Positions 37,174 to 47,036 of a DNA stretch of 64,000 nt are shown piece after piece. The stretch lies in the NCBI GenBank assembly GCA_963976765.1, contig CAXBME010000015.1, positions 62,001 to 126,000 on the forward strand. Direction: 5' to 3'. The position numbers and the translations under genes are program-made. Position 1 is the first letter of the stretch; every line of letters starts with the position of its first letter. The DNA is from an uncultured Planctomycetaceae bacterium (GTDB lineage Bacteria; Planctomycetota; Planctomycetia; Planctomycetales; Planctomycetaceae). The notes beneath the pieces were generated by a model. The model was not told the DNA's origin. It saw only the letters and a program-made list of their open reading frames with translations, and did not search any database.

Positions 37174-38906
37174 ACCTGATTGCCTCTCATCCTGAAGCAA
37201 CGAATCCTCCAGCAGAACGCTCAGGTAGCGTCCTGATTCTGGTTCTTGTCGTCATCGCGATGCTGACGCTGGGTGCGTACAGCTTTTCCGAGATCATGAT
37301 TTCCGAAGCGGAAGCGACGTCGATGTACGGTCGGCAGGCAGAAAGCCGAGCGTTTGCCGAATCGGGCATCGAGCTCGCCGCAGCCGTCATTGCAGTTCCT
37401 GAGTCCGAGGAAGATGCCAGCCTCTACCATAACCCGAATCGGTTTCGTGCCATCCTGATGCGGGAGTCTGATAACGCGCGCGGGCGCGGTTACTTTTCCG
37501 TGGTCGCCCCCGTCGAAACGGACCCCGCAGGAACGGCATTGAGGAATGGCCTGGTCGACGAATCAGGTCGCCTCAATCTGAATCGACTGTTGAACTTTGA
37601 ACTGGACGAAGACCAGTCGCGCGAGATGCTCATGTATCTGCCTGATATGACTGAGGAAGTCGCCGATGCCATCCTCGACTGGATTGACAGTGACGAAATC
37701 CCTCGGACATACGGAGCAGAAAGTGACTATTACACTTCGCTGGAACCTCCGTACGAAACCAGAAACGGAGCGATGGAGTCAATCGATGAACTGCTTCAGG
37801 TCGCTGGCGTCACGGCTGATCTGCTTTACGGTGAAGATGCCAACCGCAACGGCAAGCTCGATCCCAACGAAAACGACGGCGACGCGAGCGAGCCATTCGA
37901 CAACGCGGACGGCGTACTGCAACCGGGCTGGGCAGCGTTTCTGACAGTGAATGCCCGCGAACTTAACCAGCGAGCCGACGGGGCAGCAAGAACCTACATC
38001 AACAACGGAGTGCTCGACGAACTTTACGATTCCCTGGCCGAAGAGTTTGACGAAGACATCGCTCAGTTTGTTGTCGCCTTTCGAATGAGCGGACCGTACG
38101 TCGATCCGAATGATCCGGCAGCTCAGGAAGCTGCAGCCGGTTCCACAAACTCGGGAACACCGACGACCAGCTCGGACGACAACTCAGATTCAAACTCACG
38201 CGATGGTGGGACGAGTCAGAACTCGCAGGGGTCACTGGTCGAGGCTGCCGCTGCCATTGGAAACGCGCTTGGCGGCAACGCACAGGGCTCGGTGACTCGC
38301 GGAGGCATGGACCTCTCGAAAGGAGCGAAGTACGACCTGAAATCCCTGTATGAGCTGATCGGAGCGCAGGTCGAAGTCGAAATCGAAGGTCAGAAGCAGC
38401 TTCTCAACAGTCCATGGGCAGCAGATCCGGCATCCATGCAATCTTACCTGCCGACATTGATGGATGCACTGACGGTGGTCGAAGGTCCGGAACTTTCCGG
38501 ACGAATCAACATCAACCAGGCTCGGATTGAGATTCTGCTGGGCATTCCTGACATGACGGAAGAAATCGCTCAGGCAATCACTTCATCGCCGATGATCGGA
38601 GCGGAAGGTGAAGCACTTGCCGAACTGGCAGCTCAAAGAGCCAACACCGGCTGGCTGGTCTCTCAGGGGATCGTTGACCTGCCGACGATGATCAAGCTCG
38701 ACCGGTTTCTTACGGGACGAGGCCACGTCTTTCGTGCTCAGGTAGTCGGGTTCTTCGAAGACGGCGGTGGCTACACCCGCATCGAGGCAACCATCGACTC
38801 AACAGAATCACCAGCCAGAATTGTGGCGGTCAGTGACCTGACAGAACTCGGACGCGGATACACAACGGCTGAACTGACAGGAATCATTGACGACGGAACC
38901 AACTGA
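37170..38906 (+). CDS. gspK: Minor pseudopilin GspK
   Basis: RSG|SVLILVL (no E5), DESGRLNLN, AILDWID, SIDELLQVAG and RININQA. Confidence 0.9.
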   Translation: MNLIASHPEATNPPAERSGSVLILVLVVIAMLTLGAYSFSEIMISEAEATSMYGRQAESRAFAESGIELAAAVIAVPESEEDASLYHNPNRFRAILMRESDNARGRGYFSVVAPVETDPAGTALRNGLVDESGRLNLNRLLNFELDEDQSREMLMYLPDMTEEVADAILDWIDSDEIPRTYGAESDYYTSLEPPYETRNGAMESIDELLQVAGVTADLLYGEDANRNGKLDPNENDGDASEPFDNADGVLQPGWAAFLTVNARELNQRADGAARTYINNGVLDELYDSLAEEFDEDIAQFVVAFRMSGPYVDPNDPAAQEAAAGSTNSGTPTTSSDDNSDSNSRDGGTSQNSQGSLVEAAAAIGNALGGNAQGSVTRGGMDLSKGAKYDLKSLYELIGAQVEVEIEGQKQLLNSPWAADPASMQSYLPTLMDALTVVEGPELSGRININQARIEILLGIPDMTEEIAQAITSSPMIGAEGEALAELAAQRANTGWLVSQGIVDLPTMIKLDRFLTGRGHVFRAQVVGFFEDGGGYTRIEATIDSTESPARIVAVSDLTELGRGYTTAELTGIIDDGTN

Positions 38907-39022
38907 CGGTTCTTCAAACATTCACGAAGTCATCCACGGTACCATCAATTGCGGCATGGGAAACGGCGTTCCAAAGCTGGCACCGATTACCTGAAGCGGT
39001 AACAGAAAAAGAAAGAATAACC

Positions 39023-40537
39023 ATGTCTGATTTCCTGGCGATTGACCTGGAGCCGCATCGAATCTGCGGGATCGAAGCTTCCGTCGAACGCGGCTCGGTG
39101 AAGATTCGCAAGAGTTTTTCACTCAGCGTTCCCGAGTCCATTTCTGCCGATGATCCGCAGGGACTCGGCGAATGGCTGAAAGGCGAACTGCGTCGCGAGC
39201 GAGTCTCTGCCAGTCAGGTTTGCATATCGCTGCCTCGTGAGGACGTCCTTGTTCGACACCTTGAGATTCCCGACGTCAGTGACGAAGAACTGCCGGATCT
39301 GGTCCGGTACCAGTCGGCAGCCAGGTCGTCGATTCCATTAGACCAGTTGACGCTCGATTTCCTGCCGCTTCCACGCCGTGACGATTCGTCAGTGCGCGAC
39401 GTGCTGGTTTCGACCGTTCATCAGGATCGGATTAAACGTCTTAGAAAAATCTCAACATCAGCCGGATTGGAGCTTCAGTCGGTGGGTGTGTCATCAGTTG
39501 CGACGGCAGGCATCGTGGCACTGGAAGAACAGCGGCTTGAGCACAGTACCGGCGAGATCGCCGTCGCCGTCGCTCAACACGGTGAGCGAGTTGAGATTTC
39601 CATTCTTGGCGAAGGACACCTGCACTTCACTCATTCAACCCAAATGACGGCTGCGGCCGGACCACCAACTCCGATCCTGGCTGAAATCAGTCGCGCACTT
39701 GTCGCCCTGCAGAAAAGACTTCCCGATTCACAAGTCGTCCGTTGCTGGATGGTTGGGTCGCCGGACGAAAACGCAACACTCGGTGACGCCATTCGGGACC
39801 GGTTCGGCTGTGACATTAAGCATCTTGACCCGTTTCACGGTCAAGGCGTCACACTCAGTTGCAAGCCTGGCGACGGCACTCATGGTGCGTACGGCGGGCC
39901 GATCGGGCAGCTCGTCAGCCACTCACTGGAAGTTTCCTGCGCGGTCGATTTCCTGAATCCGCGACGGGCACCAATCAAAAAAGACTACTCGCGGCACAAA
40001 AAGCTGGCCGGAGTGGCTGTCGTCGCGCTGCTGCTAATCGGAATGTTCGGTTACCGCTCTTACGCCGTCGCAGAACTGGAGAAGGAAGTCAAGCTGGCAA
40101 CCACCGGCGAGAAAGACCAGAAAGACCTGCTGAAAGAACTTGAGCCGCAGGTAAAAGTGGCTGCTTCCGTTGGTGAGTGGGCGGCGACCCGCGTCAACTG
40201 GCTGAAAGAAGCCAATAATCTGGCAGAAACTATCGACGGCACTGAACGGCACTATCTGGCAAAGTTGCAGTTCGGCGAAGGGACTCGAAAAGAGCGAGGA
40301 ACGGTCACTGCTTCCGGGTATGCGAAAGAACGTTTTGACATCGAAGGCTTGAATGCCGAACTGATGCAACGAGCTGATCTTGAGGTAAACGCGAAGCCGA
40401 TTAAAAAGTCAGGCCGCGATGGAGACTACCCACAACAGTTTGACCTTGATCTCAAACTGAAGCATCCGGAAGTGGAGACAAAAAATGAGCAGGCTTCAAA
40501 CAGTGGTTACTCTCTTGATTACCGGTTACGCGATTGA
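39023..40537 (+). CDS. PilM-PilN fusion (GspL-like)
   Basis: Actin-like cytoplasmic domain (LAID..., LPDLVRYQ), DFLNPR before a single TM, and a periplasmic domain. Confidence 0.75.
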   Translation: MSDFLAIDLEPHRICGIEASVERGSVKIRKSFSLSVPESISADDPQGLGEWLKGELRRERVSASQVCISLPREDVLVRHLEIPDVSDEELPDLVRYQSAARSSIPLDQLTLDFLPLPRRDDSSVRDVLVSTVHQDRIKRLRKISTSAGLELQSVGVSSVATAGIVALEEQRLEHSTGEIAVAVAQHGERVEISILGEGHLHFTHSTQMTAAAGPPTPILAEISRALVALQKRLPDSQVVRCWMVGSPDENATLGDAIRDRFGCDIKHLDPFHGQGVTLSCKPGDGTHGAYGGPIGQLVSHSLEVSCAVDFLNPRRAPIKKDYSRHKKLAGVAVVALLLIGMFGYRSYAVAELEKEVKLATTGEKDQKDLLKELEPQVKVAASVGEWAATRVNWLKEANNLAETIDGTERHYLAKLQFGEGTRKERGTVTASGYAKERFDIEGLNAELMQRADLEVNAKPIKKSGRDGDYPQQFDLDLKLKHPEVETKNEQASNSGYSLDYRLRD

Positions 40538-41516
40538 GTCCGCAGTTGCCCAGCCCGGTCGAGGCGGTGATCCTTCCGAAATGGCAGATCGCTTCTTTGG
40601 AATGATGGATCAAAATCGCGACGGGCGTCTCGACGAAAATGAAACTCGACGAATCCCTTCGCCCATGCGCGACGCCATGGAGCGAATGGGAGCCGACTTT
40701 CGCCGTGGGATCTCTCGAGATCGTTTCGGTGAAATGCTGCCTCGCGCCATGGAAGAAATGCGTCGCGGCCGAGAGTCCGGTGGCGGCTTCGGTGGACCTC
40801 CTCCCGGATACGGAGGTGACCGTGGCAGTGGAGATCGGGATCGGGATCGGGATCGGGATCGGGACGGCAGAGACGATCGTGGCGATGGCCGCGGCCCCAG
40901 CGACTACCGGCGAGATGACGATCGGTCGCGCGACAGCCGGTACGGATCGAGTTCGCGCGGCGATAGTCGCAGCCGTTCGAGTCGCAGTGCTCCAAAGCCT
41001 CCGGCACGTGTGACGATGGACCTGCCTGAATCCTGGAAGGTCGCGGATCTCGATAAAGACGGCCAAATCGGTCTCTACGAATGGGACCGCCTGAAATACA
41101 GAGAATTCTTCGCGCTGGACCTCAACGGGGATAGCCTGCTGACTCCCCAGGAGATTTCCCGATCCTCGGGAGCAAGTCCCGCTCCATCAACAACAGTCAT
41201 GGCTGCGACGACGGTTCCTTCATCGCGATCGACAACGACGACGTCTGCAGCAAAACCAGCTGCGGCAGCGCCTTCCGGTGCGCCGCTGGCTGCGGCTGAA
41301 TATGATGAAAAGAGTGCTGAAGGCCGCTGGGCAAAATATGTCTTCAGCCGGCTGGACAAGAATAAAGACGGTTCACTTTCCGAAGACGAATGGAACGGCA
41401 GCGCTAAGACGCGAGACAGCTTCAAGAAACACAACGCTCAGTTGAGTTTTCCAGCCAGCTTCGAAGCATTCGCCGGCCTCATGGTCGCTGTACAGCTAGC
41501 CGACCGAAAGAAATAG
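40485..41516 (+). CDS. Exported EF-hand protein with an R/D/G/S-rich linker
   Basis: Signal peptide ending AVA|Q; EF loops DQNRDGRLDENE, DLDKDGQIGLYE, DLNGDSLLTPQE and DKNKDGSLSEDE; GGAG before the ATG. Confidence 0.85.
   Translation: MSRLQTVVTLLITGYAIESAVAQPGRGGDPSEMADRFFGMMDQNRDGRLDENETRRIPSPMRDAMERMGADFRRGISRDRFGEMLPRAMEEMRRGRESGGGFGGPPPGYGGDRGSGDRDRDRDRDRDGRDDRGDGRGPSDYRRDDDRSRDSRYGSSSRGDSRSRSSRSAPKPPARVTMDLPESWKVADLDKDGQIGLYEWDRLKYREFFALDLNGDSLLTPQEISRSSGASPAPSTTVMAATTVPSSRSTTTTSAAKPAAAAPSGAPLAAAEYDEKSAEGRWAKYVFSRLDKNKDGSLSEDEWNGSAKTRDSFKKHNAQLSFPASFEAFAGLMVAVQLADRKK
40833..40862 (+). repeat. (GATCGG)5 in-frame microsatellite encoding (DR)5
   Basis: Five perfect hexamer copies. Confidence 0.9.
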
Positions 41517-41648
41517 GCCGCCGACAAGCACACGGCTTACCTGAACTCGAAGCACGATTTCTGATCAGTGTTTAACAGGCTGGAACAAGCTCAGCGCAGT
41601 TCCGGCATTCTCGTGCTGCCGGATGTGCACAGGAAGCATGAAAATGGG

Positions 41649-43232
41649 CTAACCATTGGCGCTGCCAGGCTTGCTTCCAAAAAGTGAAGTCACTTCCTTC
41701 ACTCTCGTAATCGTCAGGCGACCGCCCTGTTCGCTACCAGTCCCCGAGATCGTAATTGGCGTCCCGCAGTGGTAGGCGAGGTTGAAGTTGTGGAAGTCTT
41801 TAAAGTCAACTTCAATTCGTACCGATGGCTTGCCATCAACATCAACGAAAAACAGTTTTGCTTCGTCCAGATTGTCTGACATCCGAATACGTCCCTGCGC
41901 GGTGATCTGGTTGCCTTCAACCTTGACCCAGCTTTCGAAGGGACGCTCTCGCCACGGTGAAAAGTCGGACGAGTCCAGACCGGCCAGTGCGGTACTTGAA
42001 CCTGCGTACGATTCCGGTTCGACGCCAAACTTCTGCAGAAGAGCTAGATGCAGTTTTCCGAGCTGTTGATTTTCTGAGTACCGCACGTAGCGACCGGTCT
42101 TCAGGATGCCACCACCTTTGCCGGCAAGAATGATGGGAATGCGAGTCGCCGTGTGGTTGTCGCTGTGCCCCATCCCGGATCCAAACAGCACGACGCTGTG
42201 GTCGAGCAATGTTCCGTTGTGATCTTTGAACGACTTCAGCCTGGTCAGCAGGTAATCGAATTTCTCCATATGCCAGCGGCTGATCTTGAGCAGCGCTTCG
42301 AGGTTCTCGCGGCTGAAGTTACGGAAAAAGTGTGACAGATAATGGTGTTGCTCTTTGATGCCGAGAAAGTCAAAGATCATGCGGCTGTTACTGTTTCCGA
42401 GCATGTAGGTGACACATCGCGTCGAGTCAGTCCACATGGCCAACGCGATGAGGTCGATCATCGACTCGGCCTGCTCATTGAGATTTGCAGGACGTTCAGG
42501 TCGTTTGAAGTTCGAAAAGTCCGACGTCGACGACCGAGCCTTCATATCCTGGAGACGCTTTTCGGTTTCCCGAACAACGGTCAGGTATTGATCGAGCGTT
42601 GCCCGGTCTTCGTGCCCCGCTTTTCGCGTCAATGACGTTGCATCTTCCTTAACGCGGTCGAGCAGACTGGCCATCTCCTGTCGTTTTTGCGGATGACTGA
42701 GCGGATTTCGAAACAGCCGATCAAAAATAAGCTGAGGGTCACTCTCGCGAGGAATCGGTTGCCCGTCGTGGTCGTACGAGATGTAGCTGCAGCCAATCTG
42801 GTTTGGAAACAATCCTTCAGTCGTCAGTTCTAATGAACGATGCGGCGTGTCTCCGCTGATCCTGTCTGCAATCAACTGATCGACCGACGCTGACTTCGTA
42901 TTCCTGTGGTGGCCCGATAGAAACCTGCGAGTTGAATTCGCATGTGAGGAGAAACCAAAGTCACCCATGTTGTCGAGAATGAGCACATCGTCCTTGTGCT
43001 TCGCGAACGGCTGCATGAGCGGCGACATGCGGAAGTCCGTCTCAGTTCCGCCGCTGATATTCCAGGACGGAGGATGCACGCCGTTTGGCTTGAACAAAGT
43101 CATGAACCGAACGGGCGGTTTTTCCGTCGCCGATTCTTTCGCAGTCGCCGTCATCAGATTGAGAAACGGCAGCGGCAGTGCTGCCCCGGCAGTCCCTCGC
43201 AGAAACGTGCGGCGATCGATGTTCCAGTTCAT
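41649..43232 (-). CDS. DUF1552 protein (Tat signal) with an extra C-terminal domain
   Basis: RRTFLRG, LPLPFL, PNGV, SVDQLIA, GTLLDHS and LGKLHLALL. Confidence 0.88.
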   Translation of the reverse strand: MNWNIDRRTFLRGTAGAALPLPFLNLMTATAKESATEKPPVRFMTLFKPNGVHPPSWNISGGTETDFRMSPLMQPFAKHKDDVLILDNMGDFGFSSHANSTRRFLSGHHRNTKSASVDQLIADRISGDTPHRSLELTTEGLFPNQIGCSYISYDHDGQPIPRESDPQLIFDRLFRNPLSHPQKRQEMASLLDRVKEDATSLTRKAGHEDRATLDQYLTVVRETEKRLQDMKARSSTSDFSNFKRPERPANLNEQAESMIDLIALAMWTDSTRCVTYMLGNSNSRMIFDFLGIKEQHHYLSHFFRNFSRENLEALLKISRWHMEKFDYLLTRLKSFKDHNGTLLDHSVVLFGSGMGHSDNHTATRIPIILAGKGGGILKTGRYVRYSENQQLGKLHLALLQKFGVEPESYAGSSTALAGLDSSDFSPWRERPFESWVKVEGNQITAQGRIRMSDNLDEAKLFFVDVDGKPSVRIEVDFKDFHNFNLAYHCGTPITISGTGSEQGGRLTITRVKEVTSLFGSKPGSANG

Positions 43233-43234
43233 GC

Positions 43235-45103
43235 TCAGTTCCTGATGACCGTCTGTTGAAACGGAAGGCTCATTGCCACCTGATGAACGAGGTCTCGGTA
43301 GGTGCCGTCAGTGGCGACGAGTTCGCTCACAATTTTATCGACCGTCGGACGATCGAAGATTTCCAGTTTACGACAAAGAGCGTATGAAAGCGTGCGTTCG
43401 ACGATGTTTCGAATCACTGGTTCGCGCTGCGTTGTGACCAGAATCTGCTTCAGACCAGCGAAGTCTTCGAACGATTCCCCCGTCGGAAGTTTGCCCGTTG
43501 TGTCGACTTCGGCGTTCTGTTTGTAGTCCGGACCGTCGTATCGTTGCAGCGCGAATCCCAGCGGATCGATCCGGTCGTGACAGATTGCGCACGTCGCCTT
43601 GCTGCGGTGCATTTCGAATCTTTCGCGGAACGACAGCTTTTTTCCCGGCGGATTGGCCGGAATCTGTCCGACGTCAGCGGGCGGTTCGGGAAGCTCTTCA
43701 CCGAGAATCCGCTCAAGGATCCAGGTTCCGCGAATGACCGGCCCGCGGTTCATCTCGAGGATGCCCGGCATGGTAAGAATTCCGCCGCGAGTCTTCGTCG
43801 CGACGAGTGAGATTTTCTGATTCGGTACGATTTCGACCTCGATGCCTTTCTGTTTGCGGTACGGGACCATCTGTTTCGAATCGGTTCCGTAGAACTTCGC
43901 CGTAAAAGGATTCGCGAAGGCAGTCTTTGAATCGATCAACTCCAGCAGCGGTCGGTCATCGACAATCAGATGGTACATGTAGTCGATTGGCTGCGACCTC
44001 AATGCTTCCGCTTGAGGAGGGTTGTCAGACTGTTTGGCGATCTGGTCGAGCGTCAGCCATTGCTTCGCGAAATCGTCGGCCAGGTTAATCGACTTTGGCG
44101 AGTCAATCATCCGTTCGATCTGCGCGGCGAAGACGTCTGATTCTCCGAGAGTCCCTACCGAAGCTAAGTCCAGCAACTCCGCGTCGGGCATGTCGCCCCA
44201 GATAAAGTACGACAATCGTTCGGCCAGCTCGAAGCTGTCGACCGGCAGCTGTTCTCCTGCTTCGCCCTCCATCATCAACCCGCGAAACATAAAACCTGCC
44301 GACATCAGAACCGCTTTCAACTCGATCTTGAGAGCTGCCTCCAGATCGCGGCTTTGTTTCACGGCGCTGATGATTTCTGCGAGCTTCGACTCCGGAACAC
44401 TTCGCCGAAACGCTCGCGGAACGAACGATCGAATCAGCTTATCGGCGTGTTCGATCTGTATACCTGTCTGCGGAATCGGTCCCGTGATTTTTTCAAGGAC
44501 GGCTCGTCGCTTCTGCGAGAGTAACTCTTCCAGCCCAACATCGGCGAGGTACGAATACTGATCCCACAGAATCGTCGTCAAAGGATTGCCGTGAGTATCG
44601 TTGCGAAAGCCGCTCTTCCCTGGCGGGTCTGTCTGCAGAAGCTTCATAACGAGTGACTTTTCAGCAATCGTTTGCTCCGCCTCGATGATCGCCACTTCCA
44701 GATCAAAACCGAACAGCGAACGCAACGTCTTGCGATATTCAGTCGCGCACAGACGACGCGGTGTAAAGAAGCCAGGATGAGCATCGACAGAATCAACCTC
44801 AGCCTGGTACCACTTCAGAAGCTCCTGGCGTTCTTCTTCGGTTGGCTGTGGAGAGTCCTCGGGAGGCATCTCGTGGCTCTTGACTCGACTGATTGCCGAC
44901 TCCCAATGCTCAAACCGTTCTGCAAAGTTGGAAGCCGTCATCGTTGAGAGATCGACATCCCCATTAGCCTCTTCACCGCCACTGTGGCAGTCGATGCAGT
45001 ACTTTTCCAGAAACGGCTTGATCTCAGCTCCAAATAGATCCGCTGCCAGAGCGGTCGGACCGTCGGCCAGGAACAGACAAAGGATCAGCAGAAATAGTCG
45101 CAC
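43235..45103 (-). CDS. DUF1592/DUF1588-type planctomycete cytochrome c protein
   Basis: CIDCH, RRL..TEY, ELAERLSYFIW..MPD, CAICHDRIDPLGF and YALCR. Confidence 0.9.
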   Translation of the reverse strand: MRLFLLILCLFLADGPTALAADLFGAEIKPFLEKYCIDCHSGGEEANGDVDLSTMTASNFAERFEHWESAISRVKSHEMPPEDSPQPTEEERQELLKWYQAEVDSVDAHPGFFTPRRLCATEYRKTLRSLFGFDLEVAIIEAEQTIAEKSLVMKLLQTDPPGKSGFRNDTHGNPLTTILWDQYSYLADVGLEELLSQKRRAVLEKITGPIPQTGIQIEHADKLIRSFVPRAFRRSVPESKLAEIISAVKQSRDLEAALKIELKAVLMSAGFMFRGLMMEGEAGEQLPVDSFELAERLSYFIWGDMPDAELLDLASVGTLGESDVFAAQIERMIDSPKSINLADDFAKQWLTLDQIAKQSDNPPQAEALRSQPIDYMYHLIVDDRPLLELIDSKTAFANPFTAKFYGTDSKQMVPYRKQKGIEVEIVPNQKISLVATKTRGGILTMPGILEMNRGPVIRGTWILERILGEELPEPPADVGQIPANPPGKKLSFRERFEMHRSKATCAICHDRIDPLGFALQRYDGPDYKQNAEVDTTGKLPTGESFEDFAGLKQILVTTQREPVIRNIVERTLSYALCRKLEIFDRPTVDKIVSELVATDGTYRDLVHQVAMSLPFQQTVIRN

Positions 45104-45338
45104 GGCGCGAAACCTCAGGTGGGAATGGTCTGGGCGAGACGTTCGAAATCGCCCATGGAGGGACCGGCAATCCTACTGAATCACGTGATCATTTTCAGCA
45201 ACTCACAGCAAGTAAGTCCGTGTCAAGATTCACTTTCCATTCTTACGCTGAAATGACTGGACTGATACGGTGGGCGTTTGCAGAAAGTCGCCTCGAACAC
45301 CTTTCCAGAGTATCAGACCTGTGCGTGTCAGGAACCGA

Positions 45339-46553
45339 TCAGTTGCCAGCCTTGCGCCGATGTTTTTGCGGCGGTGACTCGGTCAGTTCTTCAAGGCCCG
45401 GAACGTGGTATGGGTGTTCCGAGTCAACTTCAATCTTCTGCTGGATGTGCTGCTCGATAGCTCGCAACTGGTCAATGTCCTCGGCCATGCAGAACGTGAA
45501 CGCGACACCTTTCTGGCCGGCTCGTCCGGTTCGACCGACGCGATGCACATAGCCGTCGCAGTCCTGCGGCATGTCGTAATTAATGACGTGCGAAATACCG
45601 TCAACGTCAATACCGCGCGAGGCCAGATCCGTGGCGATGAGTACCAGAATCGTCCCCTTCTTGAACTCTTTGAGAATTCGCGTGCGGGCATTTTGAGACT
45701 TGTCGCCATGAATCGCTTCGGCCGGGATGTCACGTTTCTTCAGGTCCTTTGCGACACGATCGGCTCCATGTTTGGTACGCGTAAACACGAGCACTCGACC
45801 AACCGGGCGGCGAATCAGAATATGACTCAGTAGTGAAATTTTCTTTTGATATTCGACATGCATCACCTTCTGCTCAACCAGATCGCTTGTCGAAATGCCT
45901 GGTTTGTCAGGTGTGACATCAATGCGAACCGGCTTGTGGAGTAGCTGGTCGGCCAGTGCGACCGCTTCCGGCGGCATCGTCGCGGAGAAGAACAGTGACT
46001 GCCGTTTCGGAGGCAGCAACTTGACGATTCGTTTCAGGTCAGGCAGAAAACCCATGTCGAGCATCCGGTCGGCTTCGTCCAGAACAAAAAACTCCAGCCG
46101 GTCCAGTTCAACATGTCCCTGGTTAAGCAGGTCGATCAAACGGCCCGGTGTCGCAACCAGAACGTGGACGCCTTTTCGCAGTGCTCGTACCTGAGGATTC
46201 TGATTCACGCCCCCGAAGACCGTAATCAGACTCAGATTCATCTTCTTTCCGTACGCGACGAAGCGTTCAGAAATCTGCGTCGCCAGTTCACGAGTCGGCG
46301 ACAACACGAGCACTCGCGGAGTGCGCGTATTCATCGGTCGCTTTTCTTTGCTGATGCGATGCAGAATGGGAAAGGCAAACGCCGCCGTTTTTCCAGTGCC
46401 AGTCTGAGCAACTCCCAGAATATCCCGCCCCATCATAATCTTCGGGATGGCTGCTTCCTGAATCGGCGTTGCCGTGTGGTACTGCTCCGCCGCAGCCGCT
46501 TTTACAAGTGGTTTCACAAGGCCGAAGTCCGCAAATGTTTTCTTAGTCACCAC
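45339..46553 (-). CDS. rhlE: DEAD-box RNA helicase, RhlE-like
   Basis: AQTGTGKT, PTRELA, DEAD, SAT and HRVGRTGRAG. Confidence 0.92.
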   Translation of the reverse strand: MVTKKTFADFGLVKPLVKAAAAEQYHTATPIQEAAIPKIMMGRDILGVAQTGTGKTAAFAFPILHRISKEKRPMNTRTPRVLVLSPTRELATQISERFVAYGKKMNLSLITVFGGVNQNPQVRALRKGVHVLVATPGRLIDLLNQGHVELDRLEFFVLDEADRMLDMGFLPDLKRIVKLLPPKRQSLFFSATMPPEAVALADQLLHKPVRIDVTPDKPGISTSDLVEQKVMHVEYQKKISLLSHILIRRPVGRVLVFTRTKHGADRVAKDLKKRDIPAEAIHGDKSQNARTRILKEFKKGTILVLIATDLASRGIDVDGISHVINYDMPQDCDGYVHRVGRTGRAGQKGVAFTFCMAEDIDQLRAIEQHIQQKIEVDSEHPYHVPGLEELTESPPQKHRRKAGN

Positions 46554-46659
46554 GATGAGTCCTGAGTTGGTTTCCGCATGAATTGAATCGTCGAGAGTAT
46601 GTCGAGACTCGCTCAGAGAAACAGTGAGAGACTCAATGGGAAAGAAATTTCACCACAAA

Positions 46660-46758
46660 CTTTGCGTCTTTGCGCCTTCGCGGGAGTTCTTTTGGGTCTG
46701 GCGTGAGTGTTCCTGGTCAGGCGGTGCCGGCTTTGTGCAGGTCAGCTTTGCCTGACGT
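46660..46758. repeat. Repeat remnants
   Basis: CTTTGCGTCTTTGCGCCTTCGCG resembles the arms at 51030-51174. GCAGGTCAGCTTTGCCTGACG resembles the REP at 59958. Confidence 0.55.
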
Positions 46759-47036
46759 CGTCCAGATAGGCGCCGGGTGGGACCGAACAGGTTGCCCCGG
46801 TTCGGCGGTGGGGGCTTCGATCGGGCGGCAGCGACGCAGGCTGGGGCGCGACCCAATGGTGTTCAGCAGTTTTTTGCGCCATGAGGAGTGGGGTGTATTC
46901 TCTTTGATTTTGCGAGGGAATGTATTGTGGCAGGACGAGCATCCAGTGTCGTTCGTCGGAGTTCCAGAGACCTGTCGGAGTTTCGAGCGGCATTCAGCGT
47001 CGCTCCGTTAAAGCCATGGGGTCGCCGTCGGCACGG

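Noticed and set aside
46742..46993. 83-aa ORF upstream of the helicase
   Set aside because: It has no recognisable motif and ends in a REP remnant. A decayed gene or RNA cannot be excluded.
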